The notes beneath the pieces are model-generated. The model did not search any database. It was given only the letters and a program-made list of their open reading frames with translations, and was not told the DNA's origin. Made by a program: the position numbers and the translations under genes. Positions 8,416-15,380 of a stretch of 34,697 nucleotides of DNA are shown one piece after another. Position 1 is the first letter of the stretch. Every line of letters starts with the position of its first letter. Origin of the DNA: Bacillota bacterium (lineage in GTDB: Bacteria > Bacillota > Dethiobacteria > Dethiobacterales > Dethiobacteraceae); contig JAAZJT010000072.1 of assembly GCA_012800215.1 (NCBI GenBank), positions 1 to 34,697 of the forward strand, in the 5' to 3' direction.

Positions 8416-9273
8416 ATGTCCTTTGCAGCAGGGGATATAGTGGGACGCAAATCGTATGGTATGGATATTTTGTTTAAAATTGTTGAGGTTAATAAAAAGA
8501 AGCAGGTCGCACTGCTTAAAGGGTTAGATATGAGGCTGTTGGCAGATGCGGAACTTTCCGATTTAGTTTATCCGGAACCACAGATAATCCAAAAATACCG
8601 CCAAAACTCTGAAGCTGTGCGCAAAGAATGTATTCATAAAGTCTATCGGAGGCGCAATTTGGAGCGGGAGCAATTGCGTGCTGTCAACAACAATGCTCCA
8701 GAAGATTTTTTTTCCTTGCCGGGCAAAATACTGCATCTTGACGGGGATAAGGAATATTTAAATGAGTGCATGAAAGTATATCACTCGTTGGAAATTGATG
8801 CTGTAGGCATCTATGTTCCGGAAAATCAGCAGCCTGCACGTGTCTGGCAATTATTGCATCAGCACCGCCCCGATATCCTTGTAATGACAGGTCATGATGC
8901 CTATATTAAAAATAAGAATAATGATTTTAAAAATCTAAGTAATTACCGCACTTCGCGTTATTTTGTAGAAGGAGTCTATAAGGCTCGACAGTATGAACCT
9001 GGTAAAGACGATTTAGTTATCTTTGCCGGCGCTTGCCAGTCACATTATGAAGAGATTCTAGCTGCTGGGGCAAATTTTGCCAGTTCGCCCCAACGTGTTT
9101 TAATTCATGCTCTGGATCCTGTTTTTATTGCTGCAAAAGTGGCTTTTACTTCAATTAATGAATCAGTTAATATTTTTGAAGTTATTAAAAGTTCAATTAC
9201 GGGCTTAGACGGGGTGGGAGGTTTAGAAACAAGGGGGAAATTTCGCTTAGGATTGCCTAAATCACCATACTAG
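8416..9273 (+). CDS. yabG: Sporulation-specific coat protease YabG (peptidase U57)
   Basis: The frame opens at 8374. The internal ATG at 8416 gives MSFAAGDIVGRKSYGMDILFKI, the typical YabG N-terminus. The conserved LHLDGD...VMTGHDA...AGACQS core is present, and the gene sits beside veg as in Bacillus. Confidence 0.9.
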   Translation: MSFAAGDIVGRKSYGMDILFKIVEVNKKKQVALLKGLDMRLLADAELSDLVYPEPQIIQKYRQNSEAVRKECIHKVYRRRNLEREQLRAVNNNAPEDFFSLPGKILHLDGDKEYLNECMKVYHSLEIDAVGIYVPENQQPARVWQLLHQHRPDILVMTGHDAYIKNKNNDFKNLSNYRTSRYFVEGVYKARQYEPGKDDLVIFAGACQSHYEEILAAGANFASSPQRVLIHALDPVFIAAKVAFTSINESVNIFEVIKSSITGLDGVGGLETRGKFRLGLPKSPY

Positions 9274-9293
9274 ACAAATTTGCAAATTAACTA

Positions 9294-9323
9294 TTGACAG
9301 CTACAAGAAACCGTTGGTATAAT
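9294..9323 (+). promoter_or_regulatory. Strong sigma-A promoter of veg with an extended -10
   Basis: TTGACA at 9294-9299, an 18-nt spacer ending in TGg, then TATAAT at 9318-9323. Confidence 0.65.
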
Positions 9324-9396
9324 AATTTATTAACCTTGACACAGTAAGCTAAATATGTTAAACTTATAATGTAAATATTGTCTGGGGTGATCGCAC

Positions 9397-9663
9397 TTGG
9401 CAGCAACGAATGCACTTATGCAGATCAGGCAAAGCCTGGAATCACATGTCGGACAGAAAATCCGTCTGCGTGCCCATCGTGGGCGTCGGAAGACGCTCGA
9501 AAAAGTTGGTATTTTGGAAAACACATATCCTTCTATTTTTGTAGTACGGATTGATGAGCCTAATTATTACCAGCGTTTGTCGTTTTCTTATGCAGATGTG
9601 CTAACAGAGACAGTAGAGCTGACATTGATGCAGAGGGATAACGGCAAAAAAAATCTAGCTTAA
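9397..9663 (+). CDS. veg: Veg protein
   Basis: 88 aa with a TTG start 7 nt after GGGGTGA. IRQSLESHVGQKIRLRAHRGRRKT...YPSIFVV...SFSYADVLTETVEL aligns over its full length with B. subtilis Veg as I remember it. Confidence 0.9.
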   Translation: MAATNALMQIRQSLESHVGQKIRLRAHRGRRKTLEKVGILENTYPSIFVVRIDEPNYYQRLSFSYADVLTETVELTLMQRDNGKKNLA

Positions 9664-9669
9664 CTTATA

Positions 9670-9694
9670 ACAGCCTCAAGGGCTGTTTTTTTTT
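9670..9694 (+). terminator. Rho-independent terminator
   Basis: ACAGCC / GGCTGT stem followed by a 9-T run. Confidence 0.75.
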
Positions 9695-9716
9695 GCTTAA
9701 ATACTTTTCCGTAAAT

Positions 9717-9745
9717 ACATATTTTAAAAACAAAAACCATAAATA
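9717..9745 (+). promoter_or_regulatory. Candidate sigma-E-type promoter for the first SPOCS-LysM gene
   Basis: aCATATT (9717-9723), a 14-nt spacer, then CATAAATA (9738-9745). The consensus is xHATAxx-14-CATACAxT. sipL and spoVID are sigma-E genes in model organisms. Confidence 0.35.
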
Positions 9746-9878
9746 TGATAGAGACTATGTAAATTAAGCACATTTTCTACAGTAAGAGCATATAATTAAT
9801 CGGATAATGCCGCGGGAAGGGGGCCGGCTGATACTGTTTTGCAAAGTGGATGTAAATTAGATGAAAGGAGGCACATTG

Positions 9879-11477
9879 ATGGGTAAAGACGAATTTCTTG
9901 CGTTGGAATGCATCACGGATCTGTTAAAAGTGGAGCAGGTCATTGGTGAAAATGCTTCGCAAACTTCAGTTGTGCGGGATGTTACTCTGCCAGGAAGGGT
10001 ACGTAAAATTGCTGAAGTGGATACTACTCTGCGCGATGTCAAAGGGCGTGTCATTGAAAATAAAGTTATTGTAGAAGGTGTTATCCATAAGCAAATTTTC
10101 TTTGTTGATGACGAATCTGACAAATTAAAAGAATTTACTGTTGCTGATGAACGGTTTGTGCATTTCGTAGATGTCCCGGGTGCCATGCCTGGTATGAATG
10201 TGCAAATTCATCCGCGGGTAGAATTTGTCGGACACGATTTCATTCGTGAAGTAAAGAAGTATCGGGATGAAGATGTATTAGCAACAGGGGAACTCGATGC
10301 AGAGCATAAGAAACCTAAGCCCAAAGTTGATTCTCTTTTCCGCCAAACTGTGGTGCTGGAGATCTTTGCAAAGGTTACAGAGTCTATCCAACTTGATGTG
10401 GTAGTAGATGTCAATGGCGTTGACAAAAATAATGTTATAACTGAGCTCTTAAAAGTAGAAAGTGTTATAGGTGAAAATGCTTCACAGGTTTCCATCAGGA
10501 ATGAAGTTGAATTCGATCGCCCTGCCCGTAAAATCAAAAATATTGATGCACAAGTCAGAGATATTATGACCAGAGTAATTGAAAATAAGGTCATTGTCGA
10601 AGGTGTCCTGCATAAGCAAATCTTTTTTGTGGATGCCGGGGATGATGTTGTGCATGAAGTTTCGCTCGATGAGAGATTTACGCATTTTGTAGATGTACCA
10701 GGTGCTTTTCCGGGAGCTAATGTGCAGCTGCACCCACGGGTAGAATTTGTGAATGTAGAAATTGATGAAAGAGATCCCACCCGGGGTATTCAAACAGCCA
10801 TTATTGATTTATTTGCCAAAGTGACTGAAACAGTGCAAGTTGAAGTGGTAACAGATATTATAGGAGCCAGTGTACGTAAAGAATTACTCAAGGTTTCGCA
10901 GGTGATCGGGGAAAGCTCAAAACAACACAATATTCAGGCAAACTTAACGGCACCAGCGCCTGTGAAAAAAATTGCCGGACCTCCCGAAACCCGTTTTGAA
11001 AATATAGAGACCAGAGTAATAGAAGATAAGGTTGTTGTCGAAGGAGATTTAGTAAAGAACGTCTTTTTCGTCCGTGACAGTGACAGAGCAGAAGTAATGG
11101 AGTTTGAAGTCCGCGAACACTTTACACTTTTTGTAGACATCCCCGGTGCAATGCCTGGTCATGTTGTGCAGGTTTATCCCCGTGTTGAATTTACAGACTT
11201 TGACATTAATCACGAAGACCGCACCAAACTGCGTCAGACCACAGTAATTGAAGTTTTTGTTAAAGTTACCGAGCATGTACAATTAGAAGTGGTAGTTGCC
11301 TGTGATGTAGGCCCCACCCCTTCAGTTACCATCTATATTGTACAGCCGGGCGATACACTCTTTAAAATTGCTCAGCGCTTTAATGTTTCTTTAGAAGCTA
11401 TTGAGGCAGCCAATCCGCAAATTACTGATCCCAATAAAATTTTCCCTGGCCAGCAAATCTTTATTCCTCGCCGTTAG
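9879..11477 (+). CDS. SipL/SpoVID-like spore-coat morphogenetic protein: three SPOCS (DUF3794) modules plus a C-terminal LysM
   Basis: The frame opens at 9861, and AAAGGAGG (9864-9871) favours the ATG at 9879. Three repeats each carry LLKVxxVIGE...IENKV(I/V)VEG..HK.IFFV...F(V)DVPGA.PG...PRVEF. The C-terminus is IYIVQPGDTLFKIAQRFNVSLEAIEAANP...PGQQIFIP (LysM). Confidence 0.8.
   Translation: MGKDEFLALECITDLLKVEQVIGENASQTSVVRDVTLPGRVRKIAEVDTTLRDVKGRVIENKVIVEGVIHKQIFFVDDESDKLKEFTVADERFVHFVDVPGAMPGMNVQIHPRVEFVGHDFIREVKKYRDEDVLATGELDAEHKKPKPKVDSLFRQTVVLEIFAKVTESIQLDVVVDVNGVDKNNVITELLKVESVIGENASQVSIRNEVEFDRPARKIKNIDAQVRDIMTRVIENKVIVEGVLHKQIFFVDAGDDVVHEVSLDERFTHFVDVPGAFPGANVQLHPRVEFVNVEIDERDPTRGIQTAIIDLFAKVTETVQVEVVTDIIGASVRKELLKVSQVIGESSKQHNIQANLTAPAPVKKIAGPPETRFENIETRVIEDKVVVEGDLVKNVFFVRDSDRAEVMEFEVREHFTLFVDIPGAMPGHVVQVYPRVEFTDFDINHEDRTKLRQTTVIEVFVKVTEHVQLEVVVACDVGPTPSVTIYIVQPGDTLFKIAQRFNVSLEAIEAANPQITDPNKIFPGQQIFIPRR
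9921..11309 (+). repeat. Intragenic triplication of the SPOCS module (units about 9921-10412, 10446-10859 and 10884-11309)
   Basis: Shared nucleotide blocks include ggtgaaaatgcttc (units 1 and 2) and gaaaataaRgtYattgtMgaaggtgt...cataagcaaatYtt. The block tttgtagaYRtMccNggtgc...cgNgtWgaattt occurs in all three units. Confidence 0.85.
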
Positions 11478-11502
11478 GTTTAGGGTCAATGGATGAATTT
11501 TT

Positions 11503-11546
11503 AAATCGCGATTCACAGTTAACTGGGAATTGCGATTTAATTTTTG
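11503..11546 (+). terminator. Probable rho-independent terminator between the two SPOCS-LysM genes
   Basis: 12-bp stem AAATCGCGATTC (11503-11514) / GAATTGCGATTT (11527-11538) with one G-U pair and a 12-nt loop, followed by aaTTTTTgTTg. Confidence 0.5.
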
Positions 11547-11571
11547 TTGAGAAATACAATTTACTGTTGTC

Positions 11572-11598
11572 AATATTTTTTCTCCGCCGGCATATGAT
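11572..11598 (+). promoter_or_regulatory. Weak candidate sigma-E-type promoter for the second SPOCS-LysM gene
   Basis: cAATATT (11571-11577), a 13-nt spacer, then CATATGAT (11591-11598). The implied TSS would fall at or inside the RBS (11604-11611), which weakens the call. Confidence 0.25.
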
Positions 11599-11616
11599 GA
11601 ACCGGGAGGGGTAGAT

Positions 11617-13176
11617 GTGACGAATCAAGCTGTCCAAGAGGTAAAAAGAACAATTACTTTAGTTCGATCTGATCAAGCCGGGGAATTAACACTTCCTTTA
11701 ACAATTACTCTGCCGGGGGAAGTAGAGGAGTTTAAGGAACCGGAAATAACTGTTCTGGAAGCAATGGCCAAGGCACTCAGTGGCGAGTTATTTGTCAGTT
11801 TTACACTGCAGCAAGACACCTACTATGTTGTTAAAGAAACGGGATTGGTGGAGAAGGCAAGTTCAAAGCATTTTTTTTCCCATCTGTTAACTGTTGAGGA
11901 AAGCCGGCCGGGACTAGAAGCACAGGTGGATGTTGAGGCAAGCTTTGCTGGCGGTTGGCGTGCAGAACCGCTGAATGAATTGGAGCAGACAATGACAAAA
12001 CTGAATGGTGAGTGCCAGATCCGGCTTAACTATACTATAAGTAGGGAAGATGCCTTAGTAGCAGCAAAGCCTACTGTTTCAGTTTTAACAGAAAGTACTG
12101 CCAAAAGTGCTGCAGTGGAAACTGTTCGTTCTCATTTTAAAGATGATCTTGACCTATCACTGCCTGTCAGTTTGAGTGAAACACCGCAGGGTGCGATTAA
12201 GGCTACGGCATATTTTATAAATGAAAAGGCTACTTCTATGTGTGGTTGGGTTAAGATCGAAGGAGATGTTGTTGCTTCCATTGTTTACCAGCGTTCAGAT
12301 AATATACTGCAAAAAGAGACATTTGTATTCCCTATTAAAGAATACATTGAACATGGCGAAGCAAAAACAGGGCAGGAAGCCAAAATAAGCGGGGAGGCAG
12401 AAATTTTATTCAATGTGCCCGAGGCAGATAATAAGTTCGTGCTACGCGGTCTCCTATCTCTTAAAGGGACTTTAACAGCTATAGAAAAATTTGATACATC
12501 TATGCGCAGCCAGGAAGATGATTTATTCCTTGCTAGTCATCATTTTCAACCAAGTCACCCTCACCCACACCATAAATTTAAGCTGGAAGAAGTAGTGGGC
12601 ACAGGCTCATCACAAACACTGGTTGAACAGGATATATTTTTTGGCCGCCCGGTTAAATTTGTACGTGAACCTGTAATGGCACGTGTTCGCCACTTACAGC
12701 ATGAAATAATTCATAATAAAGTTATTGTGCGTGGTATTTTGCATAAAGAATTATTTGCGGTTGAAGCCCATACCGGAGCTGTTTTTGTTCACGAGGTAAA
12801 TGAAAAATTTGTTCATTTTGTTGATGTTCCTGGAGCTGCACCGGGTATGAGAGCCCATGTCGATGCCCGCGTAGAATATGTCCGTGTCAGGGTTAATCCT
12901 GATGCGGTAACTGCACACCAAGCAGCCATAATTGAAATACGTGTAAAGGTAGTTGGCTTTATTAAAAAAGATCCTATACCTCCCCATAAGCCGTGGCCTA
13001 AACCAGATCATCCACAACCAGTCAAACCACCGAGAATTTATATAGTACGCTCTGGAGATAGTGTGTGGAAAATAGCCAATATGTTTGGTGTTTCCATGGA
13101 ATCGATTATTGCAGCCAATCAACTGAAAAACCCTGATCTGATTTATCCAGGACAAAAATTAATTATTCCTTATTAA
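11617..13176 (+). CDS. Second SipL/SpoVID-like protein: divergent ~330-aa N-terminal region, His/Pro cluster, one clear SPOCS module, Pro-rich linker and C-terminal LysM
   Basis: GTG start after GGGAGGGG. HNKVIVRGILHKELFAV...FVHFVDVPGAAPGM...ARVEYV matches the modules of the upstream gene. The C-terminus is IYIVRSGDSVWKIANMFGVSMESIIAANQ...PGQKLIIP (LysM). Confidence 0.8.
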   Translation: MTNQAVQEVKRTITLVRSDQAGELTLPLTITLPGEVEEFKEPEITVLEAMAKALSGELFVSFTLQQDTYYVVKETGLVEKASSKHFFSHLLTVEESRPGLEAQVDVEASFAGGWRAEPLNELEQTMTKLNGECQIRLNYTISREDALVAAKPTVSVLTESTAKSAAVETVRSHFKDDLDLSLPVSLSETPQGAIKATAYFINEKATSMCGWVKIEGDVVASIVYQRSDNILQKETFVFPIKEYIEHGEAKTGQEAKISGEAEILFNVPEADNKFVLRGLLSLKGTLTAIEKFDTSMRSQEDDLFLASHHFQPSHPHPHHKFKLEEVVGTGSSQTLVEQDIFFGRPVKFVREPVMARVRHLQHEIIHNKVIVRGILHKELFAVEAHTGAVFVHEVNEKFVHFVDVPGAAPGMRAHVDARVEYVRVRVNPDAVTAHQAAIIEIRVKVVGFIKKDPIPPHKPWPKPDHPQPVKPPRIYIVRSGDSVWKIANMFGVSMESIIAANQLKNPDLIYPGQKLIIPY

Positions 13177-13211
13177 TTAAAGGTCTTTTTTCCCAGTGTA
13201 GTGTATTTAGG

Positions 13212-13241
13212 AAAGAGTTGGCGTTTTGCCAACTCTTTTTT
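13212..13241 (+). terminator. Rho-independent terminator
   Basis: AAAGAGTTGGC / GCCAACTCTTT stem with loop GTTT and a T-run. Confidence 0.8.
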
Positions 13242-13283
13242 AGTTATTTTGGCAGCATTATCTCAGAGAAAGCAGTTTGCTTT

Positions 13284-13312
13284 TTGCTCACAGGTAAATA
13301 ATTAACTATAAT
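13284..13312 (+). promoter_or_regulatory. Candidate sigma-A promoter
   Basis: TTGCTC (13284-13289), a 17-nt spacer, then TATAAT (13307-13312). Confidence 0.4.
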
Positions 13313-13365
13313 AAATGTGAAGATTTTTTAACAATATTAATAAATGTTAAAGGAGGAGATGGCTT

Positions 13366-14241
13366 GTGAGAAAGAAATGGACAAATTTAATGGTTATAGT
13401 TCTTACGCTTTTAATTTCCCTTTTTCCTCTCTCAACTGCGGCAGAAGCTCATACAGTCCGTTATACTTACGGCCAGGCCAAAAATTGGCAATCCGATTCA
13501 GTTCCGGCTGTAACGCGTGTGATTATGCCTATGCGTTATGTATTATACCGTGTACATAGCGGCGAGAGCTTAGCTAAAATCAGTCAGCGTTTTCAGGTAA
13601 GTATCAGTGAATTGGTTAAGGCAAATAAATTAGTACAACTAAATTTAAGAAACGGGCAATTTATACTGATTCCCCTTAAGTGTTCACTGCTTTTCCCAGA
13701 TTTGCAGCCTGAGCAACCGGAACAGCCGGAACAACCGGAACAGCCGAAACCGGAGCCGAAACCGGAGCCAAAGCCGGAGCCGAAACCAGAGCCAAAGCCA
13801 GAGCCGAAACCAGAGCCAAAGCCGGAGCCGAAACCAGAACCCAAACCTGTAACAGGTTTAAATCAAGCCGAACAAGCAATGCTGGATTTAGTAAATGCAG
13901 AAAGAGCAAAACTAGGTTTACACCCCCTTCAGGTTGATTTAGAGTTAGTTAAGCTGGCTCGCTTAAAAAGTCAGGATATGGTCAATTTAAATTATTTTTC
14001 ACATCAATCACCGACCTATGGGTCTCCGTTTGATATGATGAAGGCGGCCGGAATTTCATATAGAACCGCCGGCGAAAACTTAGCCGGAGCACCGACAGTG
14101 CAACGCGCGCATAACGGCCTAATGAATTCGCCTGGACACCGCGCCAACATCCTTAATAGCAGCTATACCCATATTGGCATTGGTGCAGTTAGTGGTGGTC
14201 CTTACGGCATGATGTTTACGCAAATGTTTGTCGGGCGTTAG
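13366..14241 (+). CDS. Secreted LysM / Pro-Glu-Lys repeat / CAP (SCP, YkwD-like) domain protein
   Basis: GTG start 7 nt after AGGAGGAG, with signal peptide MRKKWTNLMVIVLTLLISLFPLSTAAEA. LysM is YRVHSGESLAKISQRFQVSISELVKANK. The linker is (PEQ)4(PKPE)n. The CAP domain is LVNAERAKLGLHPL...FSHQSPTYGSP...GENLA...SPGHRANIL. Confidence 0.85.
   Translation: MRKKWTNLMVIVLTLLISLFPLSTAAEAHTVRYTYGQAKNWQSDSVPAVTRVIMPMRYVLYRVHSGESLAKISQRFQVSISELVKANKLVQLNLRNGQFILIPLKCSLLFPDLQPEQPEQPEQPEQPKPEPKPEPKPEPKPEPKPEPKPEPKPEPKPEPKPVTGLNQAEQAMLDLVNAERAKLGLHPLQVDLELVKLARLKSQDMVNLNYFSHQSPTYGSPFDMMKAAGISYRTAGENLAGAPTVQRAHNGLMNSPGHRANILNSSYTHIGIGAVSGGPYGMMFTQMFVGR
13708..13848 (+). repeat. In-frame tandem repeat: 9-bp ccggaacaR units followed by 12-bp ccRgagccRaaR units
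   Basis: Direct reading gives cct gag caa ccg gaa cag ..., then (ccg/cca gag ccg/cca aaa/aag) about 9 times, encoding PEQPEQPEQPEQ(PKPE)n. Confidence 0.95.
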
Positions 14242-14251
14242 CATATAAACA

Positions 14252-14287
14252 CAAAAGGAGCTGACATTTTTTGTTCAGCTCCTTTTG
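14252..14287. terminator. Bidirectional terminator between convergent genes. It overlaps the 3' end of the minus-strand CDS.
   Basis: 13-bp perfect stem CAAAAGGAGCTGA (14252-14264) / TCAGCTCCTTTTG (14275-14287) with a T-rich loop. Confidence 0.75.
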
Positions 14288-14799
14288 TATTGGGGTATAA
14301 GAAGCATTTTCCCCGGGTGTAAATAGCTGGGGTACTTAATTTTATTAAAATCAATTAGTTGCTGGGGTGTGATATGAAAACGTTTGGCAATTTTTTCAAC
14401 CGTATCCCCGGGACGAACAAAATAGACTTCCTTGCCAACGTGTTCCGGAATTTTAATATTTTCTTCACGGTCAAAAATAATAACCGGTGTGCCAATGGGT
14501 GTCAGGGGATAAATCTCTTCCACATCTTCATTATACATACGTACACAGCCGGCAGTGGCGGCGGTATTAATGGTCCAAGGATTAAACGTGCCGTGGATGC
14601 CATGCCTTTGGTAGGTAAATGCCATCCAGCGCGTTCCCAGTCCAGGGTGCGGCCGCGGATTTTTTTCGTAAATTGTATATTCGCCTAGTGGTGTAGGGGT
14701 CTCGGGTTTGCCAATAGCTATGGGATAAGTTTTATAAAGCTGACCCTGTAAATAAAAAACAAGCTTTTTCATTTTTCTGTTAATCTCTATGCGTGTCAT
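14275..14799 (-). CDS. YkuD-type L,D-transpeptidase with a C-terminal LysM domain
   Basis: The ORF track starts at TTG 14811, but the ATG at 14799 lies 8 nt after GGAGG. The catalytic HGIHGT...AGCVRM motif is present, and the C-terminus is YFVRPGDTVEKIAKRFHITPQQLIDFN...PGKMLLIP (LysM). Confidence 0.85.
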   Translation of the reverse strand: MTRIEINRKMKKLVFYLQGQLYKTYPIAIGKPETPTPLGEYTIYEKNPRPHPGLGTRWMAFTYQRHGIHGTFNPWTINTAATAGCVRMYNEDVEEIYPLTPIGTPVIIFDREENIKIPEHVGKEVYFVRPGDTVEKIAKRFHITPQQLIDFNKIKYPSYLHPGKMLLIPQYKRS

Positions 14800-14995
14800 T
14801 TTAGCCTCCAAAGGAATTTATCTATTGTATACTATGAAAAAAATAAACTTTTGCCATTTAACTAATTATAAATAAATAATAAATAAAACTATGGAAAAGA
14901 TTAAAGTATGGCCAAAATATTGCCAGCTATATTGAAATAATAAACGAGGAACAATATTTGAAGAGCCCTATTTAGTTCAAAAAGGAGTGTGGCTA

Positions 14996-15175
14996 ATGAG
15001 TCCCAGACGAAACAGAATAATGTCTGAAGCGTTAAAGGAAGAATTGGCCGAAGAGTTGGGTGTAGCCAATGTAGTACGTTCTGAAGGATGGGGCAGTGTT
15101 TCCTCCCGCGACTGCGGTAATTTGGTAAAACTGGCCATTGAACGTGCCGAAAGAGCTCTGATGAACGGACAGTAG
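14996..15175 (+). CDS. Alpha/beta-type small acid-soluble spore protein
   Basis: 59 aa from ATG 14996, 8 nt after AAAGGAG. ALKEELAEELGV (GPR-site-like E-L-A-E-E-L) and WGSVSSRDCGNLVKLAIERAE fit the two conserved SASP helices. Confidence 0.8.
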   Translation: MSPRRNRIMSEALKEELAEELGVANVVRSEGWGSVSSRDCGNLVKLAIERAERALMNGQ

Positions 15176-15181
15176 GGTTTG

Positions 15182-15210
15182 GCGTACCGGGTAACCGGTA
15201 CGCATTTTTT
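15182..15210 (+). terminator. Rho-independent terminator
   Basis: GCGTACCGG / CCGGTACGC stem with loop GTAA, followed by a T-run at 15205-15210. Confidence 0.85.
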
Positions 15211-15380
15211 ACTAATGTTCGCAATAAAAAAAATGTAGAAAAAACAAGAATTATAGAGAATAGGCTTATCAAGAAAGGAATTTCCATCCTGGTGTGGAAT
15301 AGTTATACAGATTAATTCAAGATTAAGTTATCCGACTTGGGTAAAATATTAACAGCAGCAAGAGATGGAGGGAACCCACT

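Noticed and set aside
9336-9370. Second TTGACA plus TATAAT pair downstream of the veg promoter (a possible tandem promoter as in B. subtilis veg)
   Set aside because: The spacer between the hexamers is 23 nt, incompatible with sigma-A recognition. It is probably a chance match in the leader.
10208-10793. Long minus-strand ORFs (190 aa and 103 aa, plus 9857-10186 and 10934-11282) inside the SPOCS-LysM gene
   Set aside because: They are antisense to a strongly supported, repeat-containing CDS. Their translations are low-complexity Ser/Thr-rich or AT-codon junk with no RBS. The repeated sense sequence explains the repeated open antisense frames.
13344-13559. 71-aa + strand ORF overlapping the start of the LysM-CAP gene
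   Set aside because: It is an alternative frame of the same region. The GTG-13366 frame has the better RBS spacing, a signal peptide and recognisable domains.
13708-13848. Short tandem repeats as a possible CRISPR or non-coding array
   Set aside because: The units are 9-12 bp, contiguous without spacers, and in frame within a CDS. This is a coding low-complexity linker and not a CRISPR array.
13593-13909. Minus-strand ORFs encoding (GSGF)n and Ala/Leu/Val repeats
   Set aside because: They are mirror images of the in-frame PEQ/PKPE tandem repeat of the LysM-CAP gene and an artefact of the 12-bp periodicity.
14812-14995. Sigma-G/F promoter for the SASP gene
   Set aside because: Several partial matches (GTATG at 14906, GAAATA at 14934, CAATATT at 14952) have wrong spacing of 12-13 nt. 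No combination satisfied both the -35 and -10 elements, so none is reported.
14901-15287. 128-aa minus-strand ORF with a hydrophobic N-terminus
   Set aside because: It runs antisense through the SASP gene and its terminator, has no RBS, and has an implausible composition. The SASP on the + strand has the RBS, motifs and terminator.
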